Notes: generated by a model from the letters alone, not told the origin. A DNA stretch of 37,970 nt from an uncultured Catenibacterium sp. (GCF_900764565.1 NZ_CAAFOM010000126.1:1-37970), one strand, 5' to 3'. Counted from the stretch's first letter, positions 9,461 through 20,395 are shown. Made by a program: numbers and translations.

Positions 9461-10822
9461 ATGGATACAAGAGAACTCCCTCATGACTTAGAGGCAGAAC
9501 GTGCATTGTTAGGGGCGATGTTGATTGATAAGAACGCATGTAATGATGTCATCAACATGGCAACACCTCAGGATTTCTATCTTGATGCGCATCGACTGAT
9601 CTTTACAGGCATGAAGTTCCTTCATGACAGTAATAAACCAATTGATGCCACAACAGTGACTGATTATTTGATTAACCAGAAGATATTGGAAAAAGTAGGT
9701 GGGGTAGATTACTTATTGGTACTTGCGAATTCTGTACCAACAGTGGCTCATACAACACATTATCTTCAGATCTTAAATGAGAAGTCATTATTAAGAAGAC
9801 TGATTAAAGAAGCCACAAACATCGTACAGGATGCTTATGGTGAAATTACTGATATCAATGATTTTATTGATACAGTAGAAAAAGATGTCTTAGAAGTCAC
9901 AAGAGATAGAAATGCGGGTGAATTCAAGACAATTGAAAGTGTTGTACAGAATGTCACAGCCAGAATGAATCTCCTTCAGAAAAATGGTGGGGTTGTCTCT
10001 GGCGTAAAAACAGGCTATAAAGAATTGGATAAATTAACATCAGGCTTCCAGCCAGGTGATTTAGTTATTCTTGCGGCCAGACCTTCTGTAGGTAAAACAG
10101 CCTTTGCCTTGAATATTGGTTTTAACTCATCACTGAATAGTGAAGAAGCTGTCGCAATATTCTCACTAGAAATGCCTGCTGAACAGCTTGTAACCAGATT
10201 AATATGCTGTGCTGGATCTATCGATAACGATAAATTAAAAACAGGTGCGATTTTGAAAGAGAATGCGAATAAGTATTATGCAGCTGCAGATCGTGTCACA
10301 CGTTGTAATTTATATATTGATGATACACCAGCTGTTAAGATTGGTGAAATTGCGGCTAAATGTAGAAGACTACAAAGAGAACAGGGCTTAAAGATGGTTA
10401 TTATCGATTATCTTCAGCTGATCTCTGGTCCATCTTCATCAAGAGAATCAAGACAGCAGGAAGTATCTGATATCTCTAGACAATTAAAGGCATTAGCCAG
10501 AGAATTGAAGTGTCCCGTTATTGCCTTATCACAGCTTTCTCGTCAGGTAGAACAGCGTAAAGGGAAACCGATGTTGTCCGACTTAAGAGAATCTGGGGCC
10601 ATCGAACAGGATGCCGATATTGTAGCCTTCCTTCATCGTGAAGACTATCAGAACAAAGAAAAAGAAGCAGAAACAAATGGTTTAACAGAAATCGTTGTCG
10701 CTAAGCACAGAAATGGTGCAACAGCCGATATCAGCCTTGTATTTGAAAAACAATACTCTCGTTTCTCAGATTACTATACAGGTCCAGAGAACCAGAATAG
10801 TGGCGAAGGACTTAGAATTTAA
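9461..10822 (+). CDS. dnaB: Replicative DNA helicase
   Basis: AARPSVGKT, FSLEM, IDYLQL, LSQLSR, SDLRESGAIEQDAD, KHRNG. Confidence 0.97.
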   Translation: MDTRELPHDLEAERALLGAMLIDKNACNDVINMATPQDFYLDAHRLIFTGMKFLHDSNKPIDATTVTDYLINQKILEKVGGVDYLLVLANSVPTVAHTTHYLQILNEKSLLRRLIKEATNIVQDAYGEITDINDFIDTVEKDVLEVTRDRNAGEFKTIESVVQNVTARMNLLQKNGGVVSGVKTGYKELDKLTSGFQPGDLVILAARPSVGKTAFALNIGFNSSLNSEEAVAIFSLEMPAEQLVTRLICCAGSIDNDKLKTGAILKENANKYYAAADRVTRCNLYIDDTPAVKIGEIAAKCRRLQREQGLKMVIIDYLQLISGPSSSRESRQQEVSDISRQLKALARELKCPVIALSQLSRQVEQRKGKPMLSDLRESGAIEQDADIVAFLHREDYQNKEKEAETNGLTEIVVAKHRNGATADISLVFEKQYSRFSDYYTGPENQNSGEGLRI

Positions 10823-10848
10823 AAGCAGTAGCGCGTGCGCTACTGCTT
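10823..10848. terminator. Bidirectional terminator between dnaB and tdk
   Basis: Perfect 12-bp inverted repeat AAGCAGTAGCGC-gt-GCGCTACTGCTT between convergent stop codons. Confidence 0.8.
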
Positions 10849-11473
10849 ATTTTCTTGGTCTGAATTGTATTTTTTTCTGATTCTCAAATTTAATAGGCTT
10901 TTCTACTATTTCATGACAATGACGACAACGTGGCTCATAGGCTTCCTTTGCACCTACTAAGACAATAGGATCATTAAAAGAAGCAGGTTTACCATTAATA
11001 ATACGCTGTGTTCTAGTAGCAGGTGCACCACATTTTGCACAGACTGCAGTTAACTTAGTCACAAACTCAGCACGTGTTAATAAATCAGGTAAGACACCAA
11101 ATGGTTCACCACGGAAATCCTTATCTAAACCAGCGACCATCACACGTAATCCACTATCTGCAAGATACTCACAAATATCAACAACATCCTCATCAAAGAA
11201 CTGTACTTCATCAATAGCCACAACATCTGTATCATAATTCACATGATCAAGTATTTCCTTTGCTTCACTGATGACAATACAAGGCACTTTACTTCCTGCA
11301 TGTGAGGCAATTTCAGTTGTAGAATAACGATCATCAATCTTTGGCTTAAATACAAGAATATTCTTTCTTGCATAAGATAATACATTAATACGACGAATTA
11401 ATTCTTCTGTTTTCCCTGCAAACATACATCCACAGATAACTTCTATCCATCCTTCACGATATTGATTATACAT
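10847..11473 (-). CDS. tdk: Thymidine kinase
   Basis: GCMFAGKTEELI, FKPKIDDRY, IDEVQF, GLDKDF, CAKC...CRHC zinc site. Confidence 0.96.
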   Translation of the reverse strand: MYNQYREGWIEVICGCMFAGKTEELIRRINVLSYARKNILVFKPKIDDRYSTTEIASHAGSKVPCIVISEAKEILDHVNYDTDVVAIDEVQFFDEDVVDICEYLADSGLRVMVAGLDKDFRGEPFGVLPDLLTRAEFVTKLTAVCAKCGAPATRTQRIINGKPASFNDPIVLVGAKEAYEPRCRHCHEIVEKPIKFENQKKIQFRPRK

Positions 11474-11573
11474 TCATAAAACCTCCTAAAAGTTCACATA
11501 GATTTCATATACTTACTGTATTATACAGTTGTAGAAAAGAAAAACCATAAAAAAATTTCCCCTCAATCCCATT

Positions 11574-11604
11574 AAAAAGAGTCGGTCATCATACCGACTC
11601 TTTT
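11574..11604 (-). terminator. Terminator of HAD phosphatase gene
   Basis: AAAAAGAGTCGGT-catcat-ACCGACTCTTTT just past the stop at 11607. Confidence 0.8.
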
Positions 11605-11606
11605 CT

Positions 11607-12251
11607 TTAGTTTAACTCATCAATTACCTGATCAAGAGAATCTAATATTTTATATGTCTTATTTGCATATTCTTCTGTAGGATATTTCATATCAGGAATA
11701 CAGATGACTTTAATACCAGCTGAAGAAGCAGCCTGAATACCTGCTTCACTATCTTCTAATACAAATGCTTCATCAGTCTTAACACCAAGCTTTTCACATG
11801 ACTTTAAGAATACTTCTGGATGTGGTTTACCATGAGTCACTTCATCACCACAGATAGAATCATCAAAATACTCTGTAATATGAGCCTGTGCAAGAATAGT
11901 ATCTACACGATCACGATTAGAAGAAGTTGCCACAATAGTCTTATAACCATTCTCTTTTAAATAATTAAGAAGTACTAATAAACCTTTCTTCACTGGAACA
12001 CCTTCAGTTTCAAAACGTTTTGCCATTAAAGCATGTACATCCTTAATAACGCTTTCAATAGGAAAATCCTGACCATAAGTACTATAGAATCTTTCATAAA
12101 TACCCTTAAGTGGTTTACCTAACAATGTCTTATAGAATTCTTCAGACATTGTGAGATTCATAGGCTTCATAATTTCCTGATAACATTCAAAAGTGACTCT
12201 TTCAGAATCAATCATCAAACCATCCATATCAAATATAACTGCCTTTATCAT
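11607..12251 (-). CDS. HAD-IA family phosphatase (beta-PGM-like)
   Basis: IFDMDGLMIDSE, ATSS, KPHPE, EDSEAG. Start at ATG 12251 with GGAGG RBS. Confidence 0.88.
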   Translation of the reverse strand: MIKAVIFDMDGLMIDSERVTFECYQEIMKPMNLTMSEEFYKTLLGKPLKGIYERFYSTYGQDFPIESVIKDVHALMAKRFETEGVPVKKGLLVLLNYLKENGYKTIVATSSNRDRVDTILAQAHITEYFDDSICGDEVTHGKPHPEVFLKSCEKLGVKTDEAFVLEDSEAGIQAASSAGIKVICIPDMKYPTEEYANKTYKILDSLDQVIDELN

Positions 12252-12279
12252 ATTTCCAAACCTCCAACATATATATTCA

Positions 12280-12341
12280 AGTATATAAGAAATAGAAACC
12301 GTCTTCAATTAATTGCGAAAAATAATTGAATATATTATAAT
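12280..12341. promoter_or_regulatory. Back-to-back sigma-A promoters for the HAD gene (-) and prfA (+)
   Basis: Minus: TTGAAG (12303-12308), 17 bp, TATACT (12280-12285). Plus: TTGCGA (12313-12318), 17 bp, TATAAT (12336-12341). Confidence 0.6.
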
Positions 12342-12409
12342 GGGTACGATTTGGAAGAATTAACCAATTTATTTGATGAAATCAACATTATTAAAAGAAA
12401 GGATAGAAG

Positions 12410-13486
12410 ATGAATACACTATTAGAAAGACTACAGACAGTAGAAAAAAGATATGAAGAATTAACACAGATCCTTATGGATCCATCTATCGCGAATGATA
12501 TTCAGAAGATGACACAGGCATCTAAAGAACAGGCTTCTTTAGAAAAGGCTTATAACCTATATACAGAATACAAGGCTTTATTAGATGGTATCGAAGAAGC
12601 TAAAGAATTATTAAATGAAAATGATCCTGAAATCAAAGAAATGGCTAAGATGGAATTAGAAGAATTAGAAAAGAAACAGCCAATCATGGAACATGATATC
12701 CAGATTGAATTAATTCCTAAGGATCCAAATGATGAAAAGAACGTAGTAATGGAAATCCGTGGTGCAGCCGGAGGGGATGAAGGTAATATCTTCGCAGGTG
12801 ACTTATTTAGAATGTATTCTAAGTATGCTGAATCACAGGGGTGGAAGATTGAAATTGAAGATGCTCAACCTTCTGAAGCAGGAGGATATTCACTTGTATC
12901 ATTTATTATCAAGGGTACTGGTGTATATTCTAAGATGAAGTTTGAATCTGGTTCACACCGTGTACAGCGTGTGCCTAAGACTGAAACACAGGGACGTGTT
13001 CATACATCAACTGCCACAGTATTAGTTATGCCAGAAGCAGAAGAAGTAGATATCGATATTGATCCAAAGGATTTAAGAGTTGATACTTATCGTTCATCTG
13101 GTGCCGGAGGACAGCATATCAATAAGACTGACTCTGCCGTACGTATTACACATATTCCAACAGGAATTGTGGCTACAAGCCAGGATGGTCGTTCACAGCA
13201 TGATAACCGTGCTAAGGCTATGCAGTCATTACGTACAAGACTTTATGAAGCTAAATTAAGAGAAGAAGAAGAAAAACTAGGAAACGAGCGTCGTAATAAG
13301 ATTGGTTCAGGTGATCGTGCTGAAAAGATCAGAACATACAACTATCCTCAGAACCGTGTCACTGACCACCGTATTGGTTTAACTATTCAGCAGCTAGACC
13401 GTATTATGGAAGGTAAGTTAGAACCAATCATTGATGCATTAATTAACGAAGATCAGAGATTAAAACTTCTAGGAGAAGAAGAATAA
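12410..13486 (+). CDS. prfA: Peptide chain release factor 1
   Basis: [14 protein letters not shown] (PxT specificity), IRTYNYPQ. Confidence 0.97.
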   Translation: MNTLLERLQTVEKRYEELTQILMDPSIANDIQKMTQASKEQASLEKAYNLYTEYKALLDGIEEAKELLNENDPEIKEMAKMELEELEKKQPIMEHDIQIELIPKDPNDEKNVVMEIRGAAGGDEGNIFAGDLFRMYSKYAESQGWKIEIEDAQPSEAGGYSLVSFIIKGTGVYSKMKFESGSHRVQRVPKTETQGRVHTSTATVLVMPEAEEVDIDIDPKDLRVDTYRSSGAGGQHINKTDSAVRITHIPTGIVATSQDGRSQHDNRAKAMQSLRTRLYEAKLREEEEKLGNERRNKIGSGDRAEKIRTYNYPQNRVTDHRIGLTIQQLDRIMEGKLEPIIDALINEDQRLKLLGEEE

Positions 13487-14320
13487 GTGCTATTAGGTGA
13501 ATTACTTAAACATGCACATGATTTAATTGATGATCCACATACAAATATCCCTGAAAGACTCTATGAAGATCTCACAGGAGATGCTTATTATCAACTATTG
13601 TTGAAGAGGGAAGAGCCTGTTGAAGAGGCTCTTCTTATGCAATATAAGGATTATTTAGATAGATACTTAAAGGGTGAACCTTATCAGTATATTATTGGAA
13701 AAGAATATTTCTATGGTAGAGAGTTTGATGTCAATCCAAGTGTTCTCATTCCTCGCTATGAAACAGAAGAACTTGTAGAAAAGGTCCTGTCTTATATCAA
13801 ACCAGGAATGGTTGTGGCAGATATAGGAACAGGTTCAGGTGCGATTGCAGTCACATTGGCTTGTGAATCTAAAGCGAATATCTATGCAGTAGATATTTCT
13901 AAAGGAGCCATAGACACAGCATCAAAAAATGCCAAGAAACATGAAGCTTCTGTCACATTCCTAGAAGGAGACTTATTACAGCCTCTTATTGATAGAAATA
14001 TTCATGTAGATATTCTTGTCTCTAATCCTCCTTATATTGATTATGATGAAGTATTGGATCCAAGAGTGATGGATCATGAGCCACATCTTGCATTATTTGC
14101 GGATGATCATGGTTATGCATGTTATGAAAAGATATTTAAAGAAGCCCCTTCTATATTAAAGGAGAAGGCGATTCTTGCATTTGAAATTGGATATAATCAA
14201 GGAGAAAGAATGAAACAGCTTGTTCCTTTCTATTTTCCAGATGATACATTTGAAGTCATCAAGGATATGAATGGAAAGGATAGAATGTTGTTCATCTATC
14301 ATAACTATGAAAATATTTGA
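13487..14320 (+). CDS. prmC: Release factor glutamine methyltransferase
   Basis: VLIPRYETEEL, DIGTGSG, SNPPY, EPHLAL, FEIG. GTG start abuts the prfA stop. Confidence 0.95.
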   Translation: MLLGELLKHAHDLIDDPHTNIPERLYEDLTGDAYYQLLLKREEPVEEALLMQYKDYLDRYLKGEPYQYIIGKEYFYGREFDVNPSVLIPRYETEELVEKVLSYIKPGMVVADIGTGSGAIAVTLACESKANIYAVDISKGAIDTASKNAKKHEASVTFLEGDLLQPLIDRNIHVDILVSNPPYIDYDEVLDPRVMDHEPHLALFADDHGYACYEKIFKEAPSILKEKAILAFEIGYNQGERMKQLVPFYFPDDTFEVIKDMNGKDRMLFIYHNYENI

Positions 14321-14834
14321 AACAGACCGTCTCACAATTAGAACACTTGATGAAGAGGATATTGATCGTCTTGTAGAATATCGCAGTAAAAAGACTGTTT
14401 CTAAGTATCAGTCTTGGAATAGATATACAAGAAGAGATGCAGTGAAACTTATCAAGAAGTGTAAAGAGACTGTAATAGATCATAAAAAAGGGTCTATGCA
14501 GTTTGGTATTACAATCAAAGGAAGCCATCATCTCATTGGTGATTTACATGTAGAGATCATGGCTCCTCATACATTCTCTATTGGTTATACACTAGACGAC
14601 GTTTTCTGGAATAATGGCTTTGGAACAGAAGCCGTACTTGGACTCTTAAGCTATATGCATGAAGAACATGGATTCTTCAAGTGTATTGCCTATATCTATA
14701 AACAGAATGAAAAATCAAGACACCTCTTAAAGAAGATAGGCTTTAAGAAGTTTGATGAATCCTTCTTCTATGGAGATGAAGGTTATATTTATGACCTCAG
14801 TAACTTACAAAATATATATTTTGTGTTACAATAA
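14307..14834 (+). CDS. GNAT acetyltransferase, RimJ/RimL-like
   Basis: FETDRLTIR, IGYTL...WNNGFGTEA, NEKSRHLLKKIGF. Start at ATG 14307 inferred. Confidence 0.85.
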   Translation: MKIFETDRLTIRTLDEEDIDRLVEYRSKKTVSKYQSWNRYTRRDAVKLIKKCKETVIDHKKGSMQFGITIKGSHHLIGDLHVEIMAPHTFSIGYTLDDVFWNNGFGTEAVLGLLSYMHEEHGFFKCIAYIYKQNEKSRHLLKKIGFKKFDESFFYGDEGYIYDLSNLQNIYFVLQ

Positions 14835-14852
14835 CAGATACGAGGTGGAACT

Positions 14853-15425
14853 ATGATTAAAGAATATATTAAGAAGTATAGTAAAGCATCTATCATCACA
14901 TCAGTGATTATGATTGTTGCTTCAGTATTATTGATTGTTTTCCCAAAGACAATGTTGGATATTGTGATTTATGTGATTTCAGGCGCATTATTTGTGGATG
15001 GTTTGATTCATCTTGTGACTTATTTTGCGTTAATGCATGAATTGCGCACTTTCTCTAATGATTTATTAGAAGGTATTCTTGCATTACTTGCTGGTGTATT
15101 TGTCGCATTTAATGCAGATGCATTTATCAGTGCACTTACAATGATCATTGGCTTATGGATTGTTATCAAAGGTTTATTAAACTTACAGCTCTCATTCCAG
15201 TTACAGCAGATTATTGAATTCAACTGGTTCTGGATCTTCTTATGTGCTTTATTGAGTGCTGTATTAGGTGTATTTATTATTGTACATCCTATTGATATGG
15301 CTATTGGTTTAACTATGGCAGAAGGTATTGTATTATTAGTCACTGAAGTATTGAGTCTTATTCAGACAATCTATGTCTTATATAAACTCAATCATTCTAA
15401 AATGTCTAGATCATATATTAATTAA
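14853..15425 (+). CDS. HdeD/DUF308-family membrane protein
   Basis: About 6 TM segments with repeated G-containing hairpins; RBS GAGGTGG. Confidence 0.75.
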   Translation: MIKEYIKKYSKASIITSVIMIVASVLLIVFPKTMLDIVIYVISGALFVDGLIHLVTYFALMHELRTFSNDLLEGILALLAGVFVAFNADAFISALTMIIGLWIVIKGLLNLQLSFQLQQIIEFNWFWIFLCALLSAVLGVFIIVHPIDMAIGLTMAEGIVLLVTEVLSLIQTIYVLYKLNHSKMSRSYIN

Positions 15426-15449
15426 AAAGTACCATCAAGGTACTTTTTT
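15424..15449 (+). terminator. Terminator-like hairpin before tilS
   Basis: AAAAAGTACC-atcaa-GGTACTTTTTT. Confidence 0.55.
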
Positions 15450-15465
15450 AATAGAGGAGAAAAGA

Positions 15466-16683
15466 ATGCTGAAAAGATTATTGTTGAAAAAAAATAAGAA
15501 ATATCTCCTAGGCGTATCAGGTGGTCCTGATTCCATGGCACTCTTAGATATGATGCATGAATATCATATATGTGTTGCTCATGTAAACTATAATTTGAGA
15601 AATGATACAGAAGAAGACTACAAGGTTGTTCATGATTACTGTGAATTACATCAAATCCCTTTTTACTATAAGGAATTTACACCAGATGATTATGTACAAG
15701 GAAACTTCCAGACTGTCGCAAGAGATATGCGTTATGCTTTCTATCAAGAAGTGTATAAGAAGGAACAATGTGATGCATTATGCCTAGGTCATCAGAAGGA
15801 TGATGTTATTGAAACAATCTATATGCACTTGGAACGAGACTCACATCCTGAGTATCTAGGTATTCAGGAAATCTCAGAACGTTTAGGTATGACTATTATA
15901 AGACCTTTACTTCATGTGACTAAGCAGGATTTACGTGATTACTGCAATGAGCATCATATTGCATTTCATGATGACTATACCAATTTCCAGACAGAATTCA
16001 CGAGAGACCGCATCCGTAATACAATCTTAAATCACTATACCAATTCACAAAAAGAAGAACTCTTAAAACAAGCAGAAGAATACAATCAAAAGCAGGCATT
16101 AAAGAAAAAAGAAATAAAGAAATATCTGAATGAACCACTTGATTATACATTGGTGCCAGAAGACCTTCTTCCTGATGTTCTTTATGCTTTATTAAAGAAA
16201 CATATAGAAGTATCTAAAATTTCTCATCATCTCATTGATGAAATTATCCACCAGATTCAATCCTCTAAACCTAATATTCAAATGCCTATTGGTGTTAATG
16301 AGGAGTTCATAAAAGAATATAATAATGTATACGTTCGTAAATCTATAAAACAATTAGATTATACGTATAGAATAGTGAATAGACAGGACTTCGATTGTCC
16401 TTATTTCAAAGTTCGTTCACAAGGAGAGATGAATGACGGCATTCCTGTGAAGGATGAAGACTTTCCGCTGACCATTCGAAACATAAGACCAGGCGATCGT
16501 ATGGAGACAGCAGGAGGCACTAAAAAGGTCTCTAGACTCTTTATTAATGCGAAAATTTCCTCACCATTACGACGTTATTGGCCAATCGTATTAGATTGCC
16601 GTGGAAATATTCTTCTGGTCCCTGGAATTGCGAAAAACAAGGAGTATTTGTCTATCAATCCAGATTTGTTTGTGATAAAATAA
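15466..16683 (+). CDS. tilS: tRNA(Ile)-lysidine synthetase
   Basis: SGGPDS PP-loop, AHVNYNLR, ARDMRY, GHQKDD, IRPLL, C-terminal PGDR..KKVSRLFI. Start 15466 after GAGGAG. Confidence 0.93.
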   Translation: MLKRLLLKKNKKYLLGVSGGPDSMALLDMMHEYHICVAHVNYNLRNDTEEDYKVVHDYCELHQIPFYYKEFTPDDYVQGNFQTVARDMRYAFYQEVYKKEQCDALCLGHQKDDVIETIYMHLERDSHPEYLGIQEISERLGMTIIRPLLHVTKQDLRDYCNEHHIAFHDDYTNFQTEFTRDRIRNTILNHYTNSQKEELLKQAEEYNQKQALKKKEIKKYLNEPLDYTLVPEDLLPDVLYALLKKHIEVSKISHHLIDEIIHQIQSSKPNIQMPIGVNEEFIKEYNNVYVRKSIKQLDYTYRIVNRQDFDCPYFKVRSQGEMNDGIPVKDEDFPLTIRNIRPGDRMETAGGTKKVSRLFINAKISSPLRRYWPIVLDCRGNILLVPGIAKNKEYLSINPDLFVIK

Positions 16684-16711
16684 CAACGACTATACTAGGA
16701 GGTACGGTTCG

Positions 16712-17242
16712 ATGCATAAGGACATGAAAGAAATATTATTTACACAGGAACAGATTTCTGAACGCTGTAAAGAATTAGGCGCACAGATCTCAAAAGATTA
16801 TGAAGGTAAGAAGTTACTTCTTATTGGTCTTTTAAAGGGGTCTATTCCATTCCTAGCAGAACTTTCTAAATATATTGATGGCGATGTATATTTTGATTAT
16901 ATGTCAGTCAGCAGTTATAAAGGAACTGAATCTGGAACTATTCATATTAAGAAAGACGTTGATATCGACGTCAAAGGTATGGATGTACTTATCGTAGAAG
17001 ACATCCTTGATACAGGTAAAACATTAGATACTGTTACACATATGTTGAAAGATCGTGGTACAGCATCTTGCGAAATCGTTACTATGCTTGATAAACAGGA
17101 AGCGAGAAAGTATCCTGTACAGGCTAAGTATGTTGGTTTCCCTGTACCAGAATTATTCGTGGTTGGTTATGGTCTTGATTTCGATCAGAGATTTAGAAAC
17201 CTACCATATATTGGTATCTTAAAAGAAGAATGTTACCAGTAA
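16712..17242 (+). CDS. hpt: Hypoxanthine phosphoribosyltransferase
   Basis: VLIVEDILDTGKT, FVVGYGLD, RNLPYIG. Confidence 0.96.
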   Translation: MHKDMKEILFTQEQISERCKELGAQISKDYEGKKLLLIGLLKGSIPFLAELSKYIDGDVYFDYMSVSSYKGTESGTIHIKKDVDIDVKGMDVLIVEDILDTGKTLDTVTHMLKDRGTASCEIVTMLDKQEARKYPVQAKYVGFPVPELFVVGYGLDFDQRFRNLPYIGILKEECYQ

Positions 17243-17251
17243 GGAGTTTAT

Positions 17252-19207
17252 ATGAAGAAGAATAACAAAACATTATTTAAAGCTATTCTTCCTTGGGTCA
17301 TCGTATTATTATTGTTGAGCTCATTATTTCCGTTCTTAATGAATAATGGTGCTAAGAAAGAATTGACTTATTCACAATTCATGACAGTAGTAAAAGATGA
17401 AAAAATAACGAACGTGACTATTACACCTAATAGTTTTGTGACCAAGGTAGAAGGTAGCTACAAAAAGAATTCTAAGGGCGATAAGGTAAACTTCACTACA
17501 ATCGTTCCTAAGACAGACAAAGAGTTAGATTCATTAACACAGATTCTTGAAGACAAGAATGTGAAAGTGAAAGTCACTGATTCAAACAGTGATCATATGA
17601 TCTGGAATGTATTAGGTGCCATCCTTCCATATGTTATATTGTTTGGTGGTATGTTCTGGGTAATCAAGAACTTTGGTGGCGCTGGAGGAGGCAACAACAA
17701 AGCCTTTGAATTTGGTAATTCACGCGCTAAACTAGAAAGAAACTCTAAGACTCGTTTTACAGATGTTGCAGGTGCTGATGAAGAAAAAGAAGAATTAACA
17801 GAACTTGTATCATTCTTAAAGAATCCTAAGAAGTTTACTGAAATGGGTGCTAAAATTCCTAGAGGTGTACTATTAGTAGGTCCTCCAGGTACAGGTAAAA
17901 CATTATTAGCACGTGCTGTTGCAGGTGAAGCAAACGTTCCATTCTATTCTATTTCTGGTTCAGAATTCGTAGAAATGTTCGTTGGTGTTGGTGCTGGCCG
18001 TGTAAGAGATATGTTTAAGAAGGCTAAAGAAAATGCCCCTTGTATCATCTTTATTGATGAAATTGATGCCGTAGGTCGTCAGAGAGGTGCTGGTGTTGGT
18101 GGTGGACACGATGAACGTGAACAGACATTAAACCAGTTACTTGTTGAAATGGATGGTTTTGAAGGTAACGAAGGTGTTATTATCCTTGCAGCCACTAACC
18201 GTGCAGACGTACTTGACCCTGCATTATTACGTCCAGGACGTTTTGATAGACAGATCAGAGTATCTAACCCTGATAAGCGTGCAAGAGCTCAGATTTTAAA
18301 GGTACATGCAAGAAATAAACATTTTGCGCCAGATGTTGATTTTGATAACATCGCTCAGCGTACTCCTGGCTTCTCAGGTGCAGAACTTGCAAACGTATTA
18401 AATGAAGCTGCATTACTTGCAGTAAGAAGCGGTCATCAGATGATCACATTAAGTGATGTGGATGAAGCGATTGATAGAGTTATTGGTGGTCCAGCTAAGA
18501 AGTCTAGAAAATATACTGAACATGAAAGAAAGCTTGTTGCTTATCATGAAACTGGACATGCCATCATTGGTTTAACATTAGAAGATGCCAACCAGGTACA
18601 GAAGGTGACTATTGTACCACGTGGTGATGCAGGTGGATACAACTTAATGACTCCTAGAGAAGAAACATACTTCTCAACTAAGAAACAGTTATTAGCGACT
18701 ATTACAGGTTATATGGGTGGTCGTACTGCTGAAGAAATCTTCTTCGGTGATGTATCATCAGGTGCTCATAACGATATTGAACAGGCAACACGTATTGCTC
18801 GTATGATGGTTACAGAACTTGGTATGAGTGAACTTGGTCCAATCAAGTATGACAGTGGTGATAATGCTGTATTCTTAGGTCGTGACTATTCACAGTTAAG
18901 TAATACACATTCTGGTCAGATTGCATTCGAAATTGACCAGCAGGTACGTAAGATCATCGAAACAGCGCATGCTCAGGCAACTGAAATCATCAACAATAAT
19001 AAAGACAAAATGGATATTATTGCGAATGCATTGCTTGAACATGAAACATTGAATCATGAACAGATTCAGTCTTTATATAACACTGGTAAGATGCCAGAAA
19101 CATATGATGGAACAGAAGAAGATGTTGACTCTAACGATGACAACAATAACACTCCTGAACCACCAAAGGCTGATCCAGAAGATGATTTACTAGATGAAAT
19201 GAAATAA
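17252..19207 (+). CDS. ftsH: ATP-dependent zinc metalloprotease FtsH
   Basis: 2 TM segments, [29 protein letters not shown]. Confidence 0.97.
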   Translation: MKKNNKTLFKAILPWVIVLLLLSSLFPFLMNNGAKKELTYSQFMTVVKDEKITNVTITPNSFVTKVEGSYKKNSKGDKVNFTTIVPKTDKELDSLTQILEDKNVKVKVTDSNSDHMIWNVLGAILPYVILFGGMFWVIKNFGGAGGGNNKAFEFGNSRAKLERNSKTRFTDVAGADEEKEELTELVSFLKNPKKFTEMGAKIPRGVLLVGPPGTGKTLLARAVAGEANVPFYSISGSEFVEMFVGVGAGRVRDMFKKAKENAPCIIFIDEIDAVGRQRGAGVGGGHDEREQTLNQLLVEMDGFEGNEGVIILAATNRADVLDPALLRPGRFDRQIRVSNPDKRARAQILKVHARNKHFAPDVDFDNIAQRTPGFSGAELANVLNEAALLAVRSGHQMITLSDVDEAIDRVIGGPAKKSRKYTEHERKLVAYHETGHAIIGLTLEDANQVQKVTIVPRGDAGGYNLMTPREETYFSTKKQLLATITGYMGGRTAEEIFFGDVSSGAHNDIEQATRIARMMVTELGMSELGPIKYDSGDNAVFLGRDYSQLSNTHSGQIAFEIDQQVRKIIETAHAQATEIINNNKDKMDIIANALLEHETLNHEQIQSLYNTGKMPETYDGTEEDVDSNDDNNNTPEPPKADPEDDLLDEMK

Positions 19208-19224
19208 GCGCTTTGCGCTTATTT
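19202..19224 (+). terminator. Hairpin after ftsH
   Basis: AAATAAGCGC-ttt-GCGCTTATTT. Confidence 0.6.
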
Positions 19225-19244
19225 TCATTTAGGAGGTAACAAAA

Positions 19245-19337
19245 ATGCAGCGTAGATTTATGGTAAGACTATTAGTAGGTATTATTGTCATTAGTATGAT
19301 TTTGCCTCTAGTAAGCTATTTTGCGATAGGGAGATAA
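19245..19337 (+). CDS. 30-aa single-TM small protein (MQRRFMVRLLVGIIVISMILPLVSYFAIGR), Prli42/DUF4044-like architecture
   Basis: AGGAGGT RBS at 19231-19237, 7 nt before the ATG. Basic N-terminus then a hydrophobic helix; stop is 4 nt before the hslO ATG. Absent from the supplied ORF track. Confidence 0.75.
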   Translation: MQRRFMVRLLVGIIVISMILPLVSYFAIGR

Positions 19338-19341
19338 ATAA

Positions 19342-20214
19342 ATGAAAGATTATTTAGTACGTGGGCTTGTTAATTCAAAGAACTGTCGTGTATTTGCATG
19401 TACAACAACTAACCTTACAAATGTTGCACAGAAGAATCATAATTTATGGCCTTGTGCAAGTGCTGCACTTGGACGTATGATGGCAGTCACTTTAATGATG
19501 GGTGCTATGAATAAGAATAAAGAAAAGATGACAGTCGTCATCAATGGTGGTGGACCAATCGGTACAATGCTTTGTACAACACATTCTGATGGTAAAATCA
19601 AAGGATTTGTATCTAATCCAGAAGTGCACTATACATACAATGATACAGGTAAGCTTGCAGTAGGCTTATGTGTAGGTAATCAGGGTACTATCCAGGTCAC
19701 TCGTGATATGGGATTAAAGGAACCTATTACATCTAGTTCTCAATTACAGACTGGTGAAATTGGTGATGATTTCTCTTATTACTTCATGTTATCAGAACAG
19801 GTACCATCAGTTGTTGCAGTAGGTGTTCTTGTAGAAGAAGACAATACTGTAAGAAGTGCAGGTGGTTATATTATTCAGTTATTACCAGAAGCAACTGAAG
19901 AAGATATTGCGTATATTGAAGATAAGATCAAGAATACACCACCAGTATCACAGTTATTAGATGAAGGACATACTCCAGAAGAAATCTTAAAGATGATCTT
20001 TGAAGATGTTGAAATCCTAGATACACAGGATTTATCATTTGAATGCGATTGTAGTAAAGAAAAGATGGAAGAAGCCTTATCTACTCTTCATACAAAAGAT
20101 CTAGAAGATATGATTAATGAAGATCATGGCTGTGAGATTACATGTCAGTTCTGTAATACACATTATCAGTTCAGTGAAGATGAATTAAAGGAAATACTTA
20201 AAAAACGCCAGTAA
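19342..20214 (+). CDS. hslO: Hsp33 redox-regulated chaperone
   Basis: SAALGR, GGPIG, SEQVPS, AGGYIIQLLP, CDCS...CQFC zinc switch. Confidence 0.95.
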   Translation: MKDYLVRGLVNSKNCRVFACTTTNLTNVAQKNHNLWPCASAALGRMMAVTLMMGAMNKNKEKMTVVINGGGPIGTMLCTTHSDGKIKGFVSNPEVHYTYNDTGKLAVGLCVGNQGTIQVTRDMGLKEPITSSSQLQTGEIGDDFSYYFMLSEQVPSVVAVGVLVEEDNTVRSAGGYIIQLLPEATEEDIAYIEDKIKNTPPVSQLLDEGHTPEEILKMIFEDVEILDTQDLSFECDCSKEKMEEALSTLHTKDLEDMINEDHGCEITCQFCNTHYQFSEDELKEILKKRQ

Positions 20215-20229
20215 AATGGCGTTTTTTTT
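20200..20229. terminator. Bidirectional terminator after hslO
   Basis: AAAAAACGCCA-gtaaaa-TGGCGTTTTTTT, with A and T runs on the two sides. Confidence 0.75.
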
Positions 20230-20335
20230 ACACTGTCTGGTATTATACAAAGATCAGTTAACATATATCATGGAAGGGAATAGAATTGAATAATTGATCT
20301 TTTTAGGATTGTATGACAGTTCCTCCTTTCAATAA
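20200..20335 (-). ncRNA. Putative small RNA, copy 1
   Basis: Minus-strand TATACT (20338-20343) followed by AGTTATTGAAAGGA, internal TTCCCTTCC (20272-20280), ending at the bidirectional terminator. Shares motifs with 21295-21408. Confidence 0.35.
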
Positions 20336-20395
20336 CTAGTATAGAGTAGGAATCTATAATAAATATCTATATATTGTGGAGAAATATGTGTTGAT

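Noticed and set aside
15373..15465. Long overlap of tilS with the upstream gene
   Set aside because: RBS GAGGAG supports ATG 15466; the extension crosses a terminator-like hairpin.
20310..20335. Minus-strand AAAGGAGGA as the RBS of a type I toxin peptide
   Set aside because: No ATG/GTG/TTG at suitable spacing and no hydrophobic ORF follows.
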